From assembly GCF_009834535.1 (NCBI RefSeq), contig NC_045697.1:746001-810000 (forward strand): a stretch of DNA of 64,000 nucleotides, given 5' to 3'. Below the pieces are notes generated by a model. It saw only the letters and a program-made list of their open reading frames with translations, had not been told where the DNA came from and did not search any database. Source of the stretch: Camelus ferus (Eukaryota). Of this stretch, positions 12,076-24,624 are shown piece by piece; position 1 is the stretch's first letter, and every line of letters starts with the position of its first letter. The position numbers were made by a program, and so were the translations under genes.

Positions 12076-13019
12076 AGAAGTCGTCGACAGAGGCAGTGGG
12101 TGGCACAGGGGCAGTTGGGACGCTGCCTGGCCCGGGGGGCGGGGTTCTGGGAGAGGAGAATTGTGTTGGCCCCAGGGGACAGCTGCAGGGAGAGAAGGCC
12201 ACCTGGGGGCCCTGGGCAGCATCTCTGAACCCCACTTCCTATCTCTAAAGTGGGGTGCAGGGTGGCCTCCTTGTGGGAGATGGGGCAGGACTGGATGACA
12301 GAGGTCTCAGCCTGTACTGAGGGCCCCTCTACCTTTCTGGGGTGCCCCCGCCCAGTCCAGAGGGCACAGGCCTGCCTGCAATGGCTCTGGCCATCTCCCT
12401 GCAGCCTGTCTGCCTGTCTACATGTCACCTCTGGTCCTCTCTGACTGAGGTGGGCAGGGGGCACATCCGACCCCAGGGGGTGAGTCTGGGGCTCCCTCAG
12501 GATGCACAGCCCAACTCGGGGGCTGGGGGCAGGAGGCCTAGATCAGCCTGACTGGCCGTGTGTCCACGTCGTTGGCCTGTCTCCTGGTCCAGGCACACTC
12601 ACTGGGGACACTCAGTAAGGACACCCATGCATCAGTGCTGGGAGAGAGGAACAGTGGGGAGAGTTGGCCCTCAAGGGTGGCCGTGAACCCCAGGAGAATG
12701 GCACACCCAGGCTGGGGGCGACAGGGGCAGGACCTGAAGCCACCTGGCTCCCCAGGTGGTGGCAGGGCCCTGTGAGGGGCAGGAGGAGGGCCAGGTGCAG
12801 AGCTGGGGAGAACTGGGCAGCAGGCCGGCTGGACCAAGGGCAACTGCTGGCCCCATGGGCCTGCTTCAGAGCGGGGCACTCTGGGCAGCGCCCTCGGGCT
12901 CAGGGGTGGCCTTGGAGCCCCCAGCCAGCTGAGGGAGACCTGGACGGCCTGGCAGCCAGCTAGGGCTCCCGCCCTGCCCTGCCAGTGGCCCTGAGCCAGG
13001 CAATGGGCAGGTCTCCTCA

Positions 13020-13310
13020 CAGGCCTTTATGTAAATCAAGCCTAATTAGCCAGTGCGGCATTTGTGTGGAATATCACTTTTTTAATTACCGGCCCCCGGC
13101 AGGTTTGGCTGCTGCCTGCTGTGGGGCCAATTACCATAAATCCCCCGGTAACAATTAACACTGCTGGAGGCGGCGCGTGTATTTCCAGTGTTATAATTAT
13201 GCTCTGCCGTGTTAATTGGCCTATCTGACTCTTTACTTTTTATGCTGCTCATCTGCCCATCAGCACAGCCATTTAATTCAATTAGCACCTTAATTAGAGG
13301 AACAGTCTTG
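13020..13310. promoter_or_regulatory. Candidate homeodomain-rich enhancer
   Basis: GTAAATCA (PBX-HOX TGATTTAC, 13031-13038), CTAATTAG palindrome (13042-13049) and numerous TAATT/AATTA cores. Confidence 0.65.
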
Positions 13311-13629
13311 TCCAACGCCGGGCCTTGTCAGGGAGCCGGCTTGATGAGCAGACAAACACACCCGCATCGCCAGGCCCGGGAGGCAGTGGGGGCCTGGGCC
13401 AGGGGCTCTGCCCCGGGGTACAGCCCGGCTATCGGTGGTCCCCTGTGCCCTTGGAGGCCCTGGACTGGAGGCAACTAAGAGATTCCTCCCAGCCCCTGGA
13501 GCCCCCACCATGACCTTGGGCATCTCCCAAGGTCGGCCCCTCCTGGCCCGGTCACCGCCAGGACCAGCCCCCAGGCTGGACCGTCCCTTCTGAGTCCTGT
13601 TTTGTGCCACTCTGTTGGAATCCCCATTC

Positions 13630-13720
13630 CCTGCCCATTAATTCTCCTAATTAGAATTAAATGAAGCGTGCTAAATTGCGAGATTAACCAATAATTAAGC
13701 AGCCACCGCACTAAAACTGA
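13630..13720. promoter_or_regulatory. Short homeodomain motif cluster
   Basis: ccattaattctcctaattagaattaaatg...ctaaattgcgagattaaccaataattaag. Confidence 0.55.
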
Positions 13721-14867
13721 ACACCCGCTGGCTGCAGCCCCCCACCTCCTCGCACCAGGGGCTGGGCTGCACCAGCCAGTAGGGGGCCGGGGGAGCAGGG
13801 ACACCACTCAGACACGGGGTGGCAGGACCTCCTCAGCCCTCGCCTGGCCCCCTCCCGAGGGTCACGCCCGCTGCCACCCATCACTCTGCTGGCTGAGTCG
13901 TGGCCCCGCAGTGAGGACGAGTCTGGGACGTGGTGAGGGTGTGTGTGTACGTGTGCGTGGGGGCGGGAGCCGGCTGTGGGCACACCTGTGTGCGGCTGCC
14001 CACGTGAGTGTGAGTGTGGGTGCAGGCTCCCACAGGAGTCTGCTGGGGGGTGTGAGGTGGGGGGACTCTCAGGGTGATGCCCACACCCCGCTGCCAGGCC
14101 TGGGGCGGGGCGAACAGAACAGCTCCTGAGAAAAACCAGGCTGGGGCTGGGCTCTGGGAAGACCTGGGGGGAAAGTGGTTACAGGGCCATCCAGAGCTTT
14201 ACAGCCACACTCACTGGCCTGCCCAGGCGCTCTCATCCCAGCTGAGCACTCCCTGCGCCCCCACGCCCTGGGAGGTCTGGACCCCAACCCCAACTCCCCC
14301 AGCAGGTGAGGGAGAACTCGGGGCACAGGGCACGACCAGGAAAGGGAGGTGCCCAAATCACAGGCCCCCTCCCCTCAGCAGGAAGGAAGGAAAGAAGCCA
14401 GGGACCCGAAGGGAGGGAAGAGGGAGGAGGATGGAGGAGGGGTGCGGCTCCGCCCTCGTGCCCCAAGCCCCGAGAGTCCGCAGGCGCAGGGAAGGCAAGT
14501 CTCCCCCGATCTCCGACACCAATGCCTGCCTCCACCTGAGGGGCACCCCTTGTGAACCCTCCCAGCCCAAGAAGGGGCTGCACCCATGAGGTTCCCTAGG
14601 GTTTGGGTTCCCCACCCCAGCCCTCCTGGGCTCCCTGCAGGACTGCCCTCTTCCATCACTCCCAGAGCCAGCCCGCCCTCCCCCGCCCCCTACCAGGACC
14701 CCCATTCCCGGCTCAGGGACCTGCCCACCGTGTCTCCAGGGAGCCCCCCGCCATGGCCAGTTGGGCCTTGCAACAGGGCGCCGGCTGCCCAAGGTCCTCA
14801 AGGAGCCCCCTCCCCACCCCAGCCCTCAGGGTCGGGGTTGGGGTTGCTACCACAGGATTTAAAGGCG

Positions 14868-15010
14868 GACTTACCAGCTGCATGACCTAGGCAGGGTCCC
14901 AGTGTCCTGGTGCCTCAGTTTCCCCGTCTGTGAAATGGGAGGGGACAACATCCCCAGGCCGCTGAGAGGAATGAGCAAGTTAATGGGCAGAACGCCCAGA
15001 GCACCACCTG
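14868..15010 (+). mobile_element. MIR SINE
   Basis: cttaccagctgcatgacctaggcagg...gtgcctcagtttccccgtctgtgaaatggg MIR core. Confidence 0.75.
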
Positions 15011-15259
15011 CCAGGGGGAACCCCACAACACACGTGGGCTGTGGTCACACACGTCCCCACAGCCACCTGGCTCTGAGCACACACGGTGCAGGGTGGGGCA
15101 GCCTGGCCTGCAGGGAGGGGGCGATGCGCATGGGGGCCCGCGGACGCCCACCTGGGGACGGTCCCCCTCGCACAGCTTGTGCTTCCCACGCGGGCGGGGC
15201 CCCCGCGCCCAGCGGCGGCGTCGGGGCATCCATCCCTCAGGCTGCCGCGCACGCCGCAG

Positions 15260-15590
15260 CCCCGGCTGTAAACTTCCGCGTAACAGCCCGCTCCTGCAGC
15301 TGCAAGATATTGACTCTGAGGAGAAACAATGGCACGAATAAAATAAAAATGAAAAAGTTAATTATCCTTTGTGTTTGTAATTTAATTAAAGAAGCAGTAA
15401 AGTTTTACTGGTTTTCCAGGTGACGGTGTTTAGAGCCCCGAAAAGCTATTTGTGCTGGTGAGATTAAAGTGCATTTTAAAGTGTTCCTCCAGTACTTTCA
15501 CATTTGTTGATAGATTTTTAAATTAAACTTTAAATTGTAATCTAAATTACCTCCAACAATTCATGGTCCCTGTAATGAACTCCCACCGTT
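15260..15590. promoter_or_regulatory. Candidate conserved non-coding element
   Basis: Strongly AT-rich island; SOX AACAATG (15325-15331), CCTTTGT, TTTAATTAAA palindrome (15381-15390), GATTAA and TAATCT. Confidence 0.65.
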
Positions 15591-16489
15591 CGTGCTGTCA
15601 TCCGTCGATGATGGAGTGTGAGTGGGGCTCCCGCAGCTGCCAGCCCAGGAGCTGCTGCCTAGCCGAAGCCCAGTCAAACCCGCAGGAGCCTGGGCGCCAG
15701 GCCAGGCGGAAGACGGTCACCTGGTCACCCTGGCCAGTCCAGCTGGAGGGACAGGCCTGCTCCAGGGCCCCAGTCCCCACTGCAAACCATCACAGGCATC
15801 AGGTGCCCAGAACCATGCAGCAGAAGAGGGCTCCTTTAGCTGGGAGGGGGCAGCATGGAGAGAAAGAGACCCTGGGTCGAGCAGGCAGCCCCCTTCTCCA
15901 GGCAGGCCCTGTCTCCTGCCCTGTGCTGGGGCCTGGTACGGGGTACCCAGGCCAAAGAGAATTTAATCATTCTGCTCCCCACCTTAGGGGTAAAAGTTAA
16001 AGAGAAACAAAATCCAGTCTGTTTTTCTTTTCTCTGAACACGTTCCCCGCTTAGTCGTGATGTTTGTTACCTGGTTTCCTTTTCCTTATGGTCCTGCCGC
16101 ATCTTTAACTGTTACTGGAAAACCTAGCAGGGCTCTCAGTGTATGTCTGTGCTTCTAAGTAGACAAGAGTCTTTCATCAGCCACATGGAGATCGACTACG
16201 TGGAAATAGCACGTTGAGGGGAAAGATTGGTCTTTTCAGCGATCCTAGAAAGGAACCTTAGAATGGCCAGAGACACTGTCCTTGGATATTTTAGCATCGA
16301 GGGTTTATTTGATGGAAATGGTGTCCCTGCCATCAGGGGCGTCCTCCAGGTGGTCAGTGCTCCTGGAGAGCAATGTGACAGCATGACTCGGAGTTGGCAA
16401 TCGTCCAGTCCTCTGACTGGACATCGAAAGTGACTAAATCACCAAGAATAGGAAAGCCAGGAACAGTGGGGTGACCGTGGCAGACCCAG

Positions 16490-16967
16490 CATTCAGGGCT
16501 CTGCAGGGAAACAGAGCCAACAGGGTGTATAGAGAGCAGCGCACACCAGATAGAGGGGTGCGCATAGATAGATACAGGTATTACCTGCATACCACGTGTG
16601 TGTGTGTGGGGGGGGGTATATTAAGGAATCAGCTCATGTGATTGCAGGAGCTGGCAAGTCTGAATTCTACAGGGCAGGCTAGCGGGCTGGAGACCCAGGG
16701 AGGAGATGAAGTTGCAGCTTGAGTTCAAAGGCTACCGAAGGCAGAATTCCCTCTTTTTGGGAGAGGTTAGTCTATTTTGTTTTAATGTCTTCAGCTGCTT
16801 AGACACGGCCCACCCACACTGGAGGGCAATCTGCTCTTCTCAAAGTCTGGTGATTTAAATGTTACTCCCATCTAAAAACTACCTTCACAGTGACATCTCG
16901 ACTGGTGTTTGACTAAACGACTGGGACCATAGCCCAGCCAAGTGGACATGTAAAATTGACCATCACA
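16490..16967 (-). mobile_element. MLT2-type ERVL solo LTR
   Basis: Ends in ...aaaattgaccatcaca, the reverse complement of the MLT2 5' end TGTGATGGTTAATTTT; internal ggagctggcaagtctgaa and cccacccacactggagggcaatctgct. Confidence 0.8.
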
Positions 16968-16975
16968 GAGCCAGT

Positions 16976-17345
16976 CTCAGTCTGCTTGTGCTGCCATAGC
17001 AAAACACCACAGACGGCAGGGAGGGGCTTCAGCAATAGGAATTTCTCTCTCACCATCCCAGAAGCTGGAAGTTTGGAATCAGGGTGGCAGCCAGTTTGGT
17101 TCCTGGTGAGGGGAGAGCCCACTTCATGGCCTGCAGATCCACCTTCTCTCCTTGTCCCCACACAGCAGAGGGAGAGGCAGGCTGGTCTCTTCCTATAAGG
17201 ACACCAGTCCCATTATGGGGCCCCACCCTCATGGCCTCAATCAACCCTAATCACATCCCAAAGGCCCCACCTCCAAACACCATCACCTTGGGGGCCAAAG
17301 TTCCAACGTTTCAATTTGGGGGGCACACATACTCAGTCCACAGCA
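16976..17345 (-). mobile_element. MLT1A/B-type MaLR solo LTR
   Basis: gctgccatagcaaaacaccacagac...tataaggacaccagtcccatt...aaggccccacctccaaacaccatcac...tcagtccacagca. Confidence 0.8.
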
Positions 17346-19918
17346 GACCCTGTAATTAATTCTCAGCAGCAGGTAATCACAGGCGCACGGGGAAGTGCTG
17401 GGCAGCGTCACGGGGAGTAAAGAACAGGCCCCACCGGACAACGAGCACTCCCCACATGGTTACCCTTGAGCCAGTCAGACCCGACCTCCTCACCTGGAGG
17501 GCACCTTCCCTCCTCTCCTCTGTGCACGGGAAAGCTGGAAACATCCCTGCGCTGAAGTCTGGAGCTGCTCCCCGCCCACCCAGTTGGCACCTCGAGTGCC
17601 AACCTGCACGGTGCTGCCAACACAGCGGCCCCAGGGGAGACCACTGTAGGGGCGGCTGGAGAGGATCTCCGCCACTCCGCGCCCGGCCCCGCTGGCGCTG
17701 TGAGGCCGAGCCCTGGGGACTGTTTGCTCTGCTGTGTTCGTTCCTTGGGCCCCCGACCCCTGAGATGCTGTGTTCGCTTACACATGAGGGATGGGCTTCC
17801 AAGCGCAAGTATTTCTGTATCGTGGGTGGATCACCCCCAGCGCCAGGGCGGCCCCGGGTTTGAGGGGGAACCCCTCCCCCTCCGTCTCACCCTCCTTCCT
17901 CTGGAAAGCTTTGCTGACATGCGTCCCAGACCAGACTCGAGCTGGGCCCTGGAGTCCAGTGAGGGCCTAAAGTAAGCCCATCCCCCGTTGGCCCGTGGCC
18001 TCAGGGAGGACTCCAACAAGTGTCAGCAGCACTGGGTGCTGACCTGGAGCCTGTGTGGTGGGTGTCACGCAGGATGGGGACCAGGGCTCAGCCAGCCAGC
18101 ACTCGGCTACAGCTTTGCCCATCATGGCGCAGCCCACGTATGGCCGAGCGTGGGGCCCCAACCAGGCGGGAGGACCTGAGTACCCCACCCCTGCCCTGAG
18201 CAGCCACATTCAACAGCAGTCTGCCAAGACCCTGGTCACAGAGTTCCTGGCAGGGTGGCCGGTGGCCTTTGCTGCTTCCTCAGCTGCCCTGCTTCCTTTA
18301 CCCCCTCATCAACCCCACGCGCCCCACCCAGTTAGCATCCCGTGTGCTCGGCCTCTCTCACACAGAACACCCTCAGGGGCCGGCGGGTGGCAGGAGAGGC
18401 CTACAGAAGTGGGCTCCCTGATAGCAGTGGGGTGCGGGATCCCCAGATAGCAGAGGCCAGCTGGTAACCTGGTCAGCCCTGAGCACAAGTGGGGCACGGC
18501 TGATGCAGAGACCAGGGAGGCCGTGGACATGGGGTCCCCGGTCCCAGTGAGGGTGCGCTCAGTCCGAGCCTCAGAACGAAGCAGGAGGGGTCAGGACACA
18601 GGGCAGGAGCCAGAAAGGCAGGGTCCCTTGCACAGTGTCCGCCCCAGCATTTTCCGGATGCACACCACCGACCTCAGAGAGGCCGGTGCCCAGCGGGAAG
18701 GGTCTCCACACCTTGCCAAAGTGTCCCAACTCCCCAGCCCTCCCCAAGGAGACCTGGGGCCACTGGCTCAGGGAACCACACACTGGGCGGGGAGGGTCAC
18801 CCAAAGCTTTCACGGGCCAGCACACTGCGGAGCCCTGGAGGAGGGGTGATCGCCACACACCCTGAGGAGCAGGCACACACAGAGCCCTGGTCAGCACTGG
18901 CCCCTTGATGTCGTGGGCTTGCCTCCCACCCTCTGGTGTGCGCATCTGACTGAGGCGTCTGCTCGGAGCCGTGACAGGGACGGGCAGTGCTCCGGGACCA
19001 GCTGGGCAAGCCGGGCCGGGTCGGCACCACGTGGGGGCCCAGCGAGCGTGTGCTTCTGGGCCTCGCCGGTGAGAGCAAACTTCCTCTGCAAACTGGGTTG
19101 GAGGGGAGGTGCGAGCCATTTCAGCAGCTGAGTCGGGCCTGGGCTGTGTCCGTGAAGACTCCCGTGAAGACTCTCCGTCTGGAACAGCGGCTACAACTGG
19201 AGGGGCCACGGGTTAGATTCCGACGATCAGCCGTCACTGTCCGGGGCCTGTGCGGCCACTGCACGCTGGGAGCCACGCTGCGGGTGTGAGAGGTGCCGCC
19301 GCCCCCTCACTCTCCAGTCGGGGAGGCAGTGGCCTTCAGGTCCTCTGGGACACAGTATCCCCCTGACTTCCTGCCTTGGCCAGAAGGGGCCTCCGCTTCC
19401 CCGTCCTGCAGTCTGGCCCTCGCCCCTTGCTCAGAGCCATTTGTGGGGAGCACTGCCTGTTCCGAGTTTGTCTAGCCTGGGCACACATAGCAGGAGCCCA
19501 GTCGGAGCCACGGACCAACTGGGCCCCCTGTGTGTCGTGGGGCCCGACAAGGGCCTGTCCACACCCTCACAGGTGGGCCCAGTGTCAGCAGGGGTCCCCG
19601 GGGACCAGTATCAGTTCAGAGCCAACATCCAGTCACCCCCTTTAGGGGGCATTTCGTCTCCTTCAGTGCACAGTCACGGACGAATGGCCACAGGTCCCTC
19701 CTGCAAACACGGCGTGGGTCCCTCCTCAAGTGGAACCCCATCCATCCTGGGGCTCTGAGCCCCACGAACGTGGCTAGGCCCAAAAACCGGGAGAGACGCC
19801 TTGATTGTCCACGGAGGAGACCCCGGCAGGGCTTGGGCTGGCAGGCCTGCCGCGTGTCTGGTTGGTGGATTGAGCAAGACTCCAGCAGGCTGCCCAGGTT
19901 TCGTGTCTTGGGGACAGT

Positions 19919-20098
19919 TACATTTTATTTATGATTTTTTTAAAGGCTTATAATTGTCTTTTCTGATTTTGGAGTAAGTGTTTTACTAACCCACAAAATG
20001 AAGTGAGAGGCTTTATTTTCTATCCTCTGGAAGTGTTTTCATAAGAAATAATTTATCTTTCTTGAAGGTTTTTAGTGGGGATTTTTTTGTCTCCTATT
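19919..20098 (+). repeat. 180-bp direct duplicate of 23727-23906
   Basis: Base-by-base comparison gives 178/180 identity at an offset of 3,808 bp. Confidence 0.95.
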
Positions 20099-20775
20099 GC
20101 ATAAATGATGTCACGGAATCCTCCCTGCCTCCAGCCCCACACACAACGGGCACTACCACTGCTCATGTCAGATCAGAGAGAGGCACAGCCAGTGACCAGC
20201 TGCCCACGTCCCACAGCCGCTGGGCCAGAGCTGGCCCCTGGGCGCCATGTGGTGACCCCCGAGCCTGTGGGCTGGATGACTCCAGGCTGGAGCCTGTGAG
20301 GATCCCCTCGGAGGACGCCAGAGCAGGAGGATGCCAAGGCCAGCTGTGTTCCTCCGCTGGCTCCTGAGGAGATACTGGCCAGCCTCCCCCCGGGCTGCCA
20401 ACAGCAGGTGCGCTGCAGCCAGGCGGGGCCCTCCCGCCGCGTCCTCGTCCACACCCGAGCTCTCCGCGATGACCCAAGTCCTGCCGCGCTGGTGCGTGCG
20501 CTGCTGCTCCGGTGTGTGTCCTTCTGGTCCAGGAGAAGCAGGTGACTCCTCACTCACTCAGCAGCCACCCCGGTTCCCCTGGGCTCTTGCGCTCTGAGCG
20601 TTTTTCTTCTGGAGGCCTCGTCCTTCTCAGGGTGACTTACGGTGGCTCCCTGTGTGTTCTCGCCGAGGTCTGGCGCCCACTTGCTCACATGGTCTGTGGA
20701 ATCCTTCATCGAACAGAATCCTTCCTTCTGATAGGATCAATTTCATTCATTTTTCACCTTATGGTTTGTTCTTTT

Positions 20776-21373
20776 TTTTCTTTCCCATTATGCTTTATCA
20801 CCGGATGTTGAATGCAGTTCCCTGTGCTCTACAGCAGGACCTTGCTGCTCATCTAGTTTATTACACAGCAGTTCGTACCTGCTAATCCCAAACTCACTCC
20901 TGATTTACCCTCCCCAACTCCCTTTCCCCTCTGGTGACTAAGTTTGTTTTCTCTGTCTGTGAGTCTGCTTTTGTTTCATAGATAAGCTCACTGTGTAATG
21001 TTTTAGATTCCACATGTAGGTGACATGTAGTGTTTGTCTTTCTCTGTCTGACTTACTCCACTCAGTGTGATCGTCTCTAGGTCCATCCATGTTGCTGTGA
21101 ATGACATTATTTCATTCTTTTTATGGCTGAGTAGTATTCCATTGTGTACATGTGTCACATCTTCTTTATCCAGTCCTCTGTCAGTGGACAGTTAGGTTGC
21201 TTCCATGTCTTGGCTGTTGTAAATAGTGCTGCAGTGAACATGGGGGTGCGGGTGTCTTTTCGAATTAGAGTTCCCTCCAGACACATGCCCAGGAGTGGGA
21301 CTGCTGGGTCACGTGGTAAGTATTTTTGTTTTTTTAAGGAATCTCCATCATGTTTCCCATAGTAGCTACACCA
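20776..21373 (-). mobile_element. Younger 5'-truncated L1 (artiodactyl-type 3' end) with TSD
   Basis: tctaggtccatccatgttgctg...ttttatggctgagtagtattccattgtg; flanked by ttatggtttgttctttt (20759-20775) and ttattgtttgttctttt (21374-21390). Confidence 0.9.
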
Positions 21374-21686
21374 TTATTGTTTGTTCTTTTGGGGAAGTGA
21401 AGAAATCTTTTCCTACCCAAGGTCACAAAGACATTCTCTGATGTTTCCTCCTATAGTTTTACTGCTTACATGTAGGTCTCCAGCCTCTTATGCAAAGGTC
21501 CCCTCTGTACACGGCATGAGATAGGGGTCCCCTGTGTACATGGTGTGAGGTAGGGGTCCCCTCGCTTGTCTGCTGGTTACAAGCAGGTCACCAAGACTAG
21601 TCTGGGTTCAGGGCAGGAGACACAGACCCCACCTCTCGGTGGGAGAGTGTCAAGGTATTTGCAGAGCTGAGTTTTAAAAGCACAGT

Positions 21687-21723
<37 letters not shown>

Positions 21724-22269
21724 CCTTTCCCAAAGATGTCCTGTACCACCCTGGTCACAGATCGGCTGGCCACAAGCCTGTGGCTTTGTTTGGGGAGCTT
21801 ATGTTTAGGGTTTGGGGTGTGTGCTTGTCTGGCCCACCGTTGTGCTGTTTTCTTCCCATGTCTTTGTATTTTAATAGCTGTAGGGATGCCCCAGGCTTTG
21901 TTCCTCCTTTCCAAAAAGGTCTAGGATGCTCTTGTATCATCCCTTTTTAATGTCAACTTAGTGTTTGTTACATTTCTCAAACACCTTTGATTTGAATCAT
22001 ATTTAGTTCATAGAGTAACTGCAGGAACACTGGCGTCTTCCTGATGTGAAGCCAGCCACCCACACACGCACGACAGAGTTCTCCTCTCACTCGTGCCTGT
22101 CGGCCGAGCTGGGGCTCCCAGGTTTCCGCATAAGTGTCCTGCGCGTTCCTCTTAGGGTGACTCGCAGGTGCTGCGCTGCTCCGCACTGCGGCAGCGGGGC
22201 CTTGCCTTCTGTGTTCTCCAGCTGGACAGCGCTGGCGCAGGGCAACACTAAAGATTTCTGTAAGGTAAT

Positions 22270-22839
22270 TGTGATAGTTTTACAAACAGGCCCGCAGAGT
22301 CTTTGAGTCTCCTCCCCTCAAGACTTGGAGCTTGGCCGTCCTCCCCTGGCGTGTGGGGAGCGCTTAGCGACTCACTCCTGACTAGCCTGTGGCGGAAGCG
22401 GCAATGCAGCCCTGAGAGGAGACCACGGAAGGCCTTAGGCCACCCCTCCCCCTCCTCCTCTCTCCATCTTCCTCTCTGGTCACTGGCTTGGTGGGTGGCC
22501 AGCTGCCATGTCCTCTGGACAGTCAAGTAGCCGTGTGGACAGATCCACATAGTCAGGAAATAAAGCCTCCTACCAAAGCCAGCAGGGACCCGAGGTCCCC
22601 TGACGACAGCTAAGTGGTCCACCATTTTAGAAACAGATCCTCTGGCCCCAGTCAAACCTTCAGATGACGCCGCCACAGCCAATGCTTTGTCTCCCCCTCA
22701 TGAGAGACTGACCCAGAAGCACCCAGCTAAATTGCTTCCAAGTTCCTGATGCACAGAAGCTGGGAGATGACCAGTGTTTGTTGTTTTGAGCTGCTGGCTT
22801 TTGTGGTAACTTGTTATGCAGCAATTGGCAACTAACACA
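22270..22839 (+). mobile_element. MLT1F/G-type MaLR LTR
   Basis: TG...CA ends; ccccagtcaaaccttcagatgac and terminal ttgttatgcagcaattggcaactaacaca. Confidence 0.75.
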
Positions 22840-23059
22840 ATGACCTTGAATCTGCCAGGTTGTGCTAACTTCTCTTGATTCTCTAATGACTTCCCTGTTG
22901 GTTTTGTTAGGTTTTTCTTTGTAGGTAATCATATCGTCTGCATAAAATAGCAGTTTGTTTCTCCCTCCCCGATCCAGTGAACTTTTCTTTTTCATTATCT
23001 TATTCTATTCTTCTTGGTGATAGTTTGAGCAATAGAAATGTTACGTCCTTGTCATGTGT

Positions 23060-23528
23060 TTAACAAGAGATTTATTATCAGGCACTGACTCATGCAGGGG
23101 TGGAGGCTACAAGTCCCAAGAGCTCCACTCGGCGAGCGGAGACTGGGAGAGCCAGCGTGTCGTTCTGGCCCAGGATGGGGTGGGGTCAGCGGGCAGTGGT
23201 CAAACTTCCTGTCCCAGAGCTGGCAGGCTCAAGAACCAAGGTAAGGCAGATTTTCAGTTTGAGCCTGAAGGCAGGAAAAGACCAATATCCTAGCTCAAAC
23301 AGTCAGGCAGGAGGACTTCTTGCTGACCCAGTAGTTTTGTTCTGTCCAGGTCTTTGGCTGATTGGGTGAGTCCTACCCACACTGGAGAGGGCAGCCTGCT
23401 TCACTCGGTCCACCAATTCCAGTGCTAACCTCACCCGGAAACACCCTCGCTGACACACCCAGAGTCATGTTTGACTACATGGGCACCCCGCAGCCTGGTC
23501 GGGTTGATGTGTAAAATCAACCATCACA
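23060..23528 (-). mobile_element. MLT2B-type ERVL LTR
   Basis: gagatttattat...gagcctgaaggcaggaaaagacc...cccacactggagagggcagcctgctt...aaaatcaaccatcaca. Confidence 0.8.
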
Positions 23529-23726
23529 GTGATCAGATCCTCTTTTTAGGGGGTGGAGTGGGAGGATCTGTTCAGACTATAACAGAATTCTTCTTCTTTA
23601 GTCCATTTATGAAGGCAATCACATTGATAGATTTTCTGATGTTGAACCATCTTTGCATTCCTTGAATAAAGCCATTTGATACATTTTTAAATATCAAAAA
23701 AATTTAATTATGCACTTGGGGTTAGC

Positions 23727-23906
23727 TACATTTTATTTATGATTTTTTAAAAGGCTTATAATTATCTTTTCTGATTTTGGAGTAAGTGTTTTACTAACCC
23801 ACAAAATGAAGTGAGAGGCTTTATTTTCTATCCTCTGGAAGTGTTTTCATAAGAAATAATTTATCTTTCTTGAAGGTTTTTAGTGGGGATTTTTTTGTCT
23901 CCTATT
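23727..23906 (+). repeat. Probable donor copy of the 180-bp duplication (inside old L1)
   Basis: 178/180 identical to 19919-20098 and continuous with L1-like sequence on both sides. Confidence 0.95.
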
Positions 23907-24624
23907 TCAGGTTCTTTAATGGATTTTGGTCTGATTAAATTTTCTATTTACTCTGGTGTCAATTCCAGTATTTTATATATTTTTAGAAATGTATCAGTTT
24001 TATCTATATTCTGAATATATGTGTGGTCATTTGTAGTTTGCCTTTATTATTTTTTCAATCTTTTTCCATTGTTCATCCTCTGTTTATCTTCTTTTTCTCT
24101 CTTCTCAGTCTTGACAGAAGTCTGCCTGTTCTATTATACTGATAAGAACTGATTCAGTTTTAGTTTTGTAAATATTTTCCGGCTTTTTAATGTTAAAAAT
24201 GTTCTCTACTTCACTGATCTCTGCTCTTTGTTTCTATCTTATTTTTAGATATATACTTTAGTTTTTCTATAGCCTCGTGAGCTGGATGTTTAGCTCACTT
24301 ATTTTCAATCATTCTATCTTCTAATAAATATATTTAAAGTCATAATTTTTCTTTAGTTGTTGCTTTAGGTACATCCCACAACTCATAACTTGCAGTACTT
24401 TAAATATTTTATATATTTAACTTATGATTTTCTCTTAACCCAAGGATTATTTAGGGTTTTTTCTTCCTGGACATCTGGAATTTTCTTCACTATTCTTTTC
24501 TTATTTATTTATTTATTTATTTATTTATTTGCATTACTGTCAGACAACACAGTCAGTATTATGTTGATTATTTGAAATTCATTACATTTTCTTTTTGTCT
24601 GTAGTTTTGGTGTCTTCCTCCAAT

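Noticed and set aside
21692..21720. 29-nt poly(A) run as a retroposon tail
   Set aside because: No TSD or matching sense element; it looks like slippage of an A-run within the antisense L1.
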